Assembly: GCA_045599485.1 (NCBI GenBank)
Contig: JAZRWA010000075.1
Coordinates: 1-12,865, forward strand
From: Clostridia bacterium
GTDB lineage: Bacteria; Bacillota; Clostridia; Christensenellales; Aristaeellaceae
Length of the DNA stretch: 12,865 bases
Direction of reading: 5' to 3'
In this document: piece after piece, positions 7,335 to 12,865 of the stretch
How the letters are laid out: each line of letters starts with the position of its first letter
How positions within the stretch are numbered: the stretch's first letter is position 1
The notes under the pieces: generated by a model
What the model saw: only the letters and a program-made list of their open reading frames with translations
What the model was told of the DNA's origin: nothing
The model's database searches: none
Made by a program: the position numbers and the translations under genes

Positions 7335-7368
7335 ACTGTGCCGGTGACTCATATTTCGACTGTGCCGG
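7335..7368 (+). repeat. 10-bp direct repeat ACTGTGCCGG x2 in an AT-rich spacer
   Basis: The copies lie at 7335-7344 and 7359-7368, 24 bp start to start, inside a stretch of about 310 nt (7197-7510) with no convincing ORF. Confidence 0.5.
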
Positions 7369-7452
7369 ATTGTTTATCAACAATGTCTTCAACGCCTTGG
7401 ATTGCATAACCAGCATATTAGCTCGTCACCATGTCACGCGATTTTATCCTCA

Positions 7453-7463
7453 CACATCAAGGT
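7453..7463 (+). repeat. Right copy of the 11-bp direct repeat CACATCAAGGT
   Basis: It is an exact match to 2480-2490 in the same orientation. Confidence 0.5.
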
Positions 7464-7510
7464 AATATTCGTTTTCAAACAAGAAAACAAGAGAAATACA
7501 GTACATACTA

Positions 7511-7539
7511 TTGACAACTGTATAAATAAGGTCTATGCT
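7511..7539 (+). promoter_or_regulatory. Candidate sigma-A promoter of the trp operon
   Basis: TTGACA (7511-7516) is followed by a 17-nt spacer and TATGCT (7534-7539), directly upstream of the T-box leader. Confidence 0.6.
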
Positions 7540-7545
7540 TTCATC

Positions 7546-7834
7546 AGATAAACCGTTGAAGCGGAAGTAAAGGTGATTGTTGCTCCTACAGAGAACCTGC
7601 GGTGGTGGAATGCAGGCGGAAAGCAGGTCATCACAATGGACCGCTGAGGGTGCGGTGAAAGACTGGCATCAGTCGATTATCCCGCGACGCGCAGGACTGC
7701 GTCAGTGTCCGGAGGTATGTTTGTACCTTGCCAAGTGTGCAGCAAGCGCTGCAAACCAGGGTGGCACCGCGGATCTGTTGTTGATTCGTCCCTGGTAAGG
7801 TTCATTATCGAGCCTTACCGGGGACTTTTTGTTT
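7546..7834 (+). promoter_or_regulatory. T-box riboswitch leader, tRNA-Trp specific (UGG specifier)
   Basis: A conserved T-box sequence, AAACCAGGGTGGCACCGCGG, lies at 7753-7772. A stem-I AGAGA element lies at about 7590. The stem-I base AGCGG (7560-7564) pairs with CCGCT (7641-7645), with UGG-A (7637-7640) immediately 5' of the closing helix, the position expected for a specifier codon plus purine. A terminator follows, and then trp biosynthesis genes. Confidence 0.85.
7790..7834 (+). terminator. T-box terminator hairpin
   Basis: CCCTGGTAAGG (7790-7800) pairs with CCTTACCGGGG (7813-7823), giving 11 bp including one G-U pair. ACTTTTTGTTT follows. It lies 10 nt upstream of the trpE RBS. Confidence 0.8.
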
Positions 7835-7856
7835 ATCAAGTGCAGGAGGAATGACA

Positions 7857-9317
7857 ATGCAGCTGTATCCGAGTCTTGAAACTGCGAATCGATACGCCAA
7901 GGAAGGCTATCGCATGATGCCCCTGTGTACTGAACTGCTCAGCGATGTGCGTACCCCGATGCAGGTACTGCGTGCGCTGAAAAATGTATCCAGCCATGTC
8001 TATCTGCTGGAATCCGTCGCCGGTCATGAACAGTGGGGCCGCTACACCTTCCTGGGCTATGAGCCCACCATGGAGATCACCTGTATGAACGGCACGCTGC
8101 GCATGGGCAGCCTGACCCTCGAGACCCGTGACCCCAATCATTATATCCGTCAGATCCTGGCCGATCACCACAGCCCCAGGATCGAAGGGCTGCCAAGCTT
8201 CACCGGCGGTCTGGTCGGTTATTTCAGCTATGATTATCTGAAATATGCCGAGCCTACCCTCCGTCTGGACGCAGAGGACAGCGAGCATTTTCAGGACATG
8301 GATCTGATGCTGTTTGACAAGGTGATCTGCTTTGATCACTACAAACAAAAGATCATCCTGATGGTCAATATTGCTCTGGATAAGCTGGAAACAGAATATA
8401 ACCGGGCCGCCATGGTATTGAGCCAGATGGCCGAACTGGTGATGAACGGCGCACTCAAGCAGGAAAAGCCCGGCCGTCTCAAAAGTGCCATCCGTCCCCT
8501 GTTTACGCAGGAAGCCTTCTGCAGCATGGTGGAAAAGGCCCAATATCACATCCATGAAGGAGACATTTTCCAGATTGTGCTGAGCAACCGCCTCGAAGCC
8601 GATTATGAAGGCAGTCTGCTCAATGCCTACCGCATCATGCGAACGAAGAATCCCTCACCATATATGTTCTATTTCAGCGGCACGGATGTCGAGGTCGCTG
8701 GCGCTTCGCCCGAAACACTGGTGAAGCTGGAAAACGGTGTACTGCACACCTTCCCGCTGGCAGGTACCCGTCCGCGCGGCAAGACGCCGGAAGAAGACAA
8801 GGCGCTCGAAGAAGATCTTCTGGCTGACCCCAAGGAACTGGCCGAGCACAACATGCTGGTGGATCTGGGCCGCAACGACATCGGCAAGATCAGTCGTTTC
8901 GGTACAGTGGAAGTGGAAAAATACCACTGTATTGAGCGTTTCTCCCACGTCATGCACATCGGCAGCACGGTGCGCGGCGATATCCGTGAGGATTGTGACG
9001 CACTGGATGCGGTGGATGCGATCCTGCCAGCCGGCACATTGTCGGGTGCGCCAAAGATCCGTGCCTGCCAACTGATCAACGACCTGGAAAACAACAAGCG
9101 CGGCATCTACGGCGGCGCGATCGGTTATCTGGACTTTACGGGAAACCTGGATACCTGCATTGCCATCCGCATCGCCTACAAAAAGAACAGCAAGGTGTTT
9201 GTCCGCTCCGGTGCCGGCATCGTGGCGGACTCGGTACCCGAAAAAGAATATACCGAATGCACCAACAAAGCCGCCGCAGTCATCAAATCGCTGGAAGAAG
9301 CGCAGGAGGTGGAATAA
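7857..9317 (+). CDS. trpE: Anthranilate synthase component I
   Basis: The sequence has a TrpE/chorismate-binding family signature throughout (…LESV…GRYTFLG…, …PSPYMFYF…, …GAIGYLDFTGNLDTCIAIR…). AGGAGG at 7844-7849 favours ATG 7857 (7-nt spacing) over the track start at 7851 (1-nt spacing). The stop is TAA. Confidence 0.93.
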   Translation: MQLYPSLETANRYAKEGYRMMPLCTELLSDVRTPMQVLRALKNVSSHVYLLESVAGHEQWGRYTFLGYEPTMEITCMNGTLRMGSLTLETRDPNHYIRQILADHHSPRIEGLPSFTGGLVGYFSYDYLKYAEPTLRLDAEDSEHFQDMDLMLFDKVICFDHYKQKIILMVNIALDKLETEYNRAAMVLSQMAELVMNGALKQEKPGRLKSAIRPLFTQEAFCSMVEKAQYHIHEGDIFQIVLSNRLEADYEGSLLNAYRIMRTKNPSPYMFYFSGTDVEVAGASPETLVKLENGVLHTFPLAGTRPRGKTPEEDKALEEDLLADPKELAEHNMLVDLGRNDIGKISRFGTVEVEKYHCIERFSHVMHIGSTVRGDIREDCDALDAVDAILPAGTLSGAPKIRACQLINDLENNKRGIYGGAIGYLDFTGNLDTCIAIRIAYKKNSKVFVRSGAGIVADSVPEKEYTECTNKAAAVIKSLEEAQEVE

Positions 9318-9320
9318 GCC

Positions 9321-9917
9321 ATGATCGTCCTGATCGATAATTATGACAGTTTCTCCTATAACCTGTATCAGCTCATCGGCTCGATCGAGCCGGAGATCCG
9401 GGTGATCCGCAACGACGCCCTGACGGTGGAAGAAATCGCCGCGCTCCGCCCCGACGCGGTCATCCTTTCCCCCGGCCCCGGTCATCCCGAAGACGCCGGC
9501 ATCTGCGTGGAGGCCGCCCACACGCTCGGACAGACGATCCCTCTGTTCGGCGTATGCCTGGGGCATCAGGCGATCTGCACCGCCTGGGGCGCAACCGTTT
9601 CCTACGCAAAGGAACTGATGCACGGCAAGCAGAGTATGACGGCCTTCGATCCCGACTGCGAGCTTTTCAAAGGTCTACCGTCCCATGCGCCCGTCGCCCG
9701 CTACCACTCGCTTGCAGCCATCGAAAGCACCTTGCCACAATGTCTCAAGGTCACCGCCCGCACCGAGGATGGGGAGATCATGGCCGTCCGGCACACCCTC
9801 TATCCCATCTTCGGCGTGCAGTTCCACCCCGAATCCATCATGACACCGGACGGAAAAGCCATTCTGAGCAATTTTGTTCAATACGCCAAATCAATGAAGG
9901 ACAAACAGAGCCATTGA
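9321..9917 (+). CDS. trpG: Anthranilate synthase component II (glutamine amidotransferase, TrpG/PabA type)
   Basis: MIVLIDNYDSFSYNLYQL…, the GVCLGHQ catalytic-Cys motif and FGVQFHPES are class-I GATase hallmarks. The gene starts 3 nt after the trpE stop and has an AGGAGGTGG RBS. The stop is TGA. Confidence 0.95.
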   Translation: MIVLIDNYDSFSYNLYQLIGSIEPEIRVIRNDALTVEEIAALRPDAVILSPGPGHPEDAGICVEAAHTLGQTIPLFGVCLGHQAICTAWGATVSYAKELMHGKQSMTAFDPDCELFKGLPSHAPVARYHSLAAIESTLPQCLKVTARTEDGEIMAVRHTLYPIFGVQFHPESIMTPDGKAILSNFVQYAKSMKDKQSH

Positions 9918-9932
9918 CAGGAGGAAAAAGAG

Positions 9933-10958
9933 ATGATCCGCGAAGCCATTATCAAGCTGACCGAAAAAGGGGACCTGAGCTACGATGAAGCCTATGCCGT
10001 GATGAATGAGATCATGAACGGTGACACGACCCCGACACAGAATGCCGCCTTCCTGGCCGCGCTATCCACCAAGAGTACAAGAGCGGAAACCATTGAGGAG
10101 ATCTCCGGCTGCGCGTCGGCCATGCGCGCCCACGCCCTGTCCGTGGATGTAGGTGACATGGAAGTGCTGGAGATCGTGGGAACCGGCGGTGACGGCGCTC
10201 ACAGCTTCAACATTTCCACCACCTCCGCCATGGTGATCGCGGCCGGCGGTGTCAAGGTCGCAAAGCACGGCAACCGTGCTGCCTCCTCCAAATCCGGCAC
10301 GGCCGACTGTTTGGAAGCACTGGGTGTCAACATCAGTCTGACCCCCGAGCAGTGTGTGGCTCTGCTGGAAAAGGCAGGCTTCTGCTTCTTCTTTGCACAG
10401 AAGTATCATGCATCCATGAAGTATGTCGGAGCGATCCGCAAAGAGCTGGGATTCCGTACGGTATTCAATATTCTGGGACCGCTCACCAACCCCGCCCGTC
10501 CGCAGATGCAGTTGCTGGGCGTTTATGACGAATATTTGCTGGAACCGCTTGCGCAGGTTCTTTGCTCCCTCGGCGTTCAGCGCGGCATGGTCGTCTACGG
10601 CATGGATAAGCTGGACGAGATCTCCATGAGTGCGCCGACCAAGGTCTGTGAGTTCAGGGATGGATGGTACAAAACCTACACCATCACACCCGAAGACTTC
10701 GGCTTTGCCCGCTGCGACAAGAGTCAGCTGGTTGGCGGCACGCCCGAAGAGAACGCACAGATCACCCGCGATATACTGTCCGGCAAAGAGCAGGGACCGA
10801 AGCGCAGCACCGTGCTGATGAACGCTGGCGCCGCTCTGTACATTGCAGATAAGGCCGATACGCTGGCAGCAGGTGTCAAACTGGCGGCCGAACTGATCGA
10901 CAGCGGCAAGGCCCTTGCCACCCTGGAAGAAGTCATCAAATGCTCCAATGAGGTGTAA
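9933..10958 (+). CDS. trpD: Anthranilate phosphoribosyltransferase
   Basis: GTGGDG…FNISTT…[12 protein letters not shown](T)AD motifs are present. The protein is 341 aa, has an AGGAGG RBS and stops at TAA. Confidence 0.95.
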   Translation: MIREAIIKLTEKGDLSYDEAYAVMNEIMNGDTTPTQNAAFLAALSTKSTRAETIEEISGCASAMRAHALSVDVGDMEVLEIVGTGGDGAHSFNISTTSAMVIAAGGVKVAKHGNRAASSKSGTADCLEALGVNISLTPEQCVALLEKAGFCFFFAQKYHASMKYVGAIRKELGFRTVFNILGPLTNPARPQMQLLGVYDEYLLEPLAQVLCSLGVQRGMVVYGMDKLDEISMSAPTKVCEFRDGWYKTYTITPEDFGFARCDKSQLVGGTPEENAQITRDILSGKEQGPKRSTVLMNAGAALYIADKADTLAAGVKLAAELIDSGKALATLEEVIKCSNEV

Positions 10959-10959
10959 G

Positions 10960-11751
10960 ATGGCAACGATACTCGACACCATTGCCGATCATGCGCGTTT
11001 TCGTGTGCAGCAGGATGCCGCTCTCATTCCGCAGGAGGTCATGAAAGACCGTGCCTTGGCTATGGGAAAGGGAAGCGGTGACACCTTCCTGCAGGCACTG
11101 CGCCAGTCCGGCATGCGTTTTATCTGTGAGGTGAAGAAGGCCTCACCAAGCAAGGGAGTTATCGCAGAAGACTTCCCTTATATAGACATTGCCAGAGACT
11201 ATGAGGCAGCCGGAGCCGACGCAATCTCCTGCCTGACCGAACCGAAATGGTTCATGGGATCAGACAGCATCTTCACAGACATTCGCGTACAGGTAGCAAC
11301 GCCCATGCTGCGCAAGGATTTTACGGTGGATGACTACCAGATCTACCAGGCACGGGTGATGGGGGCCAATGCAGTACTGCTGATTTGTGCCCTGCACGAT
11401 ACGGCACAGATCGCGCGCTGGCTGCAGCTATGCGATGATCTTGGTCTGGCAGCTTTGGTCGAGACGCATGACGAGAAAGAAATCGAATCCGCCGTGAGTG
11501 CCGGGGCACAAATCATCGGCGTCAACAATCGCAATTTAAAGGATTTCTCAGTGGACTTTTCCAATGCAGCGCGCCTACGCGACCGTATCCCGACCAACGC
11601 AGTCTATGTGGCAGAAAGCGGTGTGAAGGGACCGGATGATGCCGCGGTGCTCCGAAAGATCGGCGCTGATGCCGCACTGATTGGTGAAGCCTTAATGAGG
11701 GCAGACAATAAGGCTTCCATGCTGGCGGCCATGAGGGAGGCAGCACAATGA
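10960..11751 (+). CDS. trpC: Indole-3-glycerol-phosphate synthase
   Basis: ILDTI…FICEVKKASPSKGVI…LTEPKWF.GS…LRKDF…NNRNL… are typical IGPS motifs. I prefer the start at ATG 10960, which has a GAGGTG RBS and lies just after the trpD stop. The track start at 10915 would overlap trpD by 44 nt. The stop is TGA. Confidence 0.92.
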   Translation: MATILDTIADHARFRVQQDAALIPQEVMKDRALAMGKGSGDTFLQALRQSGMRFICEVKKASPSKGVIAEDFPYIDIARDYEAAGADAISCLTEPKWFMGSDSIFTDIRVQVATPMLRKDFTVDDYQIYQARVMGANAVLLICALHDTAQIARWLQLCDDLGLAALVETHDEKEIESAVSAGAQIIGVNNRNLKDFSVDFSNAARLRDRIPTNAVYVAESGVKGPDDAAVLRKIGADAALIGEALMRADNKASMLAAMREAAQ

Positions 11752-12356
11752 GCAGCACCAAGATCAAGCTGTGCGGCATGCGCCGAATGCAGGACATTGC
11801 CGCAGTCAATGACCTGAAGCCGGATTTTATCGGTTTTATCTTCTGGGCCCCAAGCCACCGATATGTAACGCCGACGGAAGCCATGCAGATGAAAACAGCG
11901 CTCGATCCGTCGATCAAGGCCGTTGGCGTGTTTGTGGATGCGCCGGTCGATCTGGTGGCGAAGCTGCTGAATGATGACGTGATTGATATGGCACAGCTTC
12001 ACGGGCACGAGGACAATGTATATATTGAGCAGCTGCGGCAGTGTTCCGTCAAGCCCGTCATTCAGGCATTCAAGGTGAAAACTCCGGCTGACCTCGACCG
12101 GGCGGCCTGCTCTACGGCAGATCATCTGCTGCTGGACAGCGGTACCGGCAGCGGCGAAGCTTTCGACTGGTCATTGGTCAAGGATTTCCACAAGCCTTTC
12201 TTCCTGGCTGGCGGTCTGCATCCCGATAATGTGCAAGCTGCCATGCATCAGGTGCAGCCCTGGGCTGTTGATGTGTCCAGCGGCATCGAGACAGACAAAT
12301 TCAAGGATATCGAGAAAGTGCGGGCCTTTGTGAACAATGTCCGCAATGCAAAGTGA
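11748..12356 (+). CDS. trpF: N-(5'-phosphoribosyl)anthranilate isomerase
   Basis: KIKLCGM…D…GFIF…S.R.V… and LLDSG.GSG..FDW match the PRAI family. An ATGA overlap with the trpC stop suggests translational coupling. The stop is TGA. Confidence 0.92.
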   Translation: MSSTKIKLCGMRRMQDIAAVNDLKPDFIGFIFWAPSHRYVTPTEAMQMKTALDPSIKAVGVFVDAPVDLVAKLLNDDVIDMAQLHGHEDNVYIEQLRQCSVKPVIQAFKVKTPADLDRAACSTADHLLLDSGTGSGEAFDWSLVKDFHKPFFLAGGLHPDNVQAAMHQVQPWAVDVSSGIETDKFKDIEKVRAFVNNVRNAK

Positions 12357-12370
12357 AAGGGGTGATCGGT

Positions 12371-12865
12371 ATGCCGAAGTCCAAGGGACGCTTTGGCATC
12401 CATGGTGGTCAGTACATTCCCGAGACGCTGATGAACGCCGTCATCGAGTTGGAAGAGGCCTACAATTTTTACAAGAATGATCCCGCATTCAACGCGGAAC
12501 TGGCAGAGCTGTTCAATGAGTATGCAGGCCGACCCAGTCGCCTGTATTATGCGGAGAAGATGACAAAAGATTTGGCCGGCGCCAAGATTTATCTCAAGCG
12601 CGAGGATCTCAATCACACCGGCGCCCACAAAATCAACAATGTGCTGGGGCAGGCACTGCTGGCCAAAAAGATGGGAAAGACGCGTCTGATCGCCGAGACC
12701 GGCGCCGGTCAGCACGGTGTTGCCACAGCCACCGCCGCTGCCCTGATGGGCATGGAGTGCGTCGTGTTCATGGGAGAAGAGGACACCAAGCGTCAGGCAT
12801 TGAATGTATATAAAATGCGTCTTCTTGGCGCCACGGTGATCCCCGTGACCAACGGCACCGCCACC
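12371..12865 (+). CDS. trpB: Tryptophan synthase beta chain (5' partial, runs off the window)
   Basis: [24 protein letters not shown]…[15 protein letters not shown] (PLP-lysine motif) …[27 protein letters not shown] lies upstream. The frame is open to the window end (165 codons). It is absent from the ORF track only because it has no stop in the window. Confidence 0.93.
   Translation, partial: MPKSKGRFGIHGGQYIPETLMNAVIELEEAYNFYKNDPAFNAELAELFNEYAGRPSRLYYAEKMTKDLAGAKIYLKREDLNHTGAHKINNVLGQALLAKKMGKTRLIAETGAGQHGVATATAAALMGMECVVFMGEEDTKRQALNVYKMRLLGATVIPVTNGTAT

Noticed and set aside
7577-7798. A 73-aa + strand ORF
   Set aside because: It lies wholly within the T-box leader RNA, covering stem I through the T-box sequence. 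It has no RBS.
7836-12715. Long - strand ORFs (7836..8555, 8655..9623, 10062..10982, 11604..12125, 12248..12715 and others) opposite the trp genes
   Set aside because: They are antisense shadow ORFs of clearly identified trp genes, with no start context and implausible composition.
1-12865. A search for CRISPR arrays, tRNA or rRNA genes, IS elements, integrases or known defence-system genes
   Set aside because: None was recognised by eye. There are no repeat-spacer periodicity, no tRNA T-loop-like motifs in the intergenic regions, and no transposase- or recombinase-like translations in the ORF track.

Overview
The sequence looks like a Firmicutes/Clostridia-type chromosome, moderately GC-rich, with two conserved housekeeping blocks on either side of one anomalous locus. 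On the left, on the minus strand, are rpsB, tsf and pyrH, plus the 3' end of an unidentified convergent gene. On the right, on the plus strand, is a tryptophan operon, trpE-trpG-trpD-trpC-trpF-trpB' (trpB runs off the window), preceded by a promoter and a tRNA-Trp T-box leader. Between them (2697..7196, + strand) lies the main finding. All seven + strand ORFs the track reports in this span are in the same reading frame. The only things separating them are eight in-frame TAG codons (3201, 3573, 4908, 5328, 5556, 6465, 6639, 6744). There is no in-frame TAA or TGA and no frameshift until a terminal TGA at 7194. Read through, this is one 1,499-codon secreted protein with a near-consensus promoter, a strong RBS and a signal peptide. 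It contains a class-3-lipase-like alpha/beta-hydrolase domain that is cut by the TAG at 4908. None of the other nine genes contains an in-frame TAG or stops with one (all use TAA or TGA). Spot counts suggest lower GC for the locus, and an 11-bp direct repeat brackets it. The main candidate explanations are amber-codon read-through or reassignment (genome-wide, donor-derived or suppressor-tRNA-dependent) and an unusual TAG-only pseudogene. The window alone cannot separate them: it contains no tRNA-CUA, pyl genes or release-factor genes. No rRNA, tRNA, CRISPR array, transposase or integrase was recognised.
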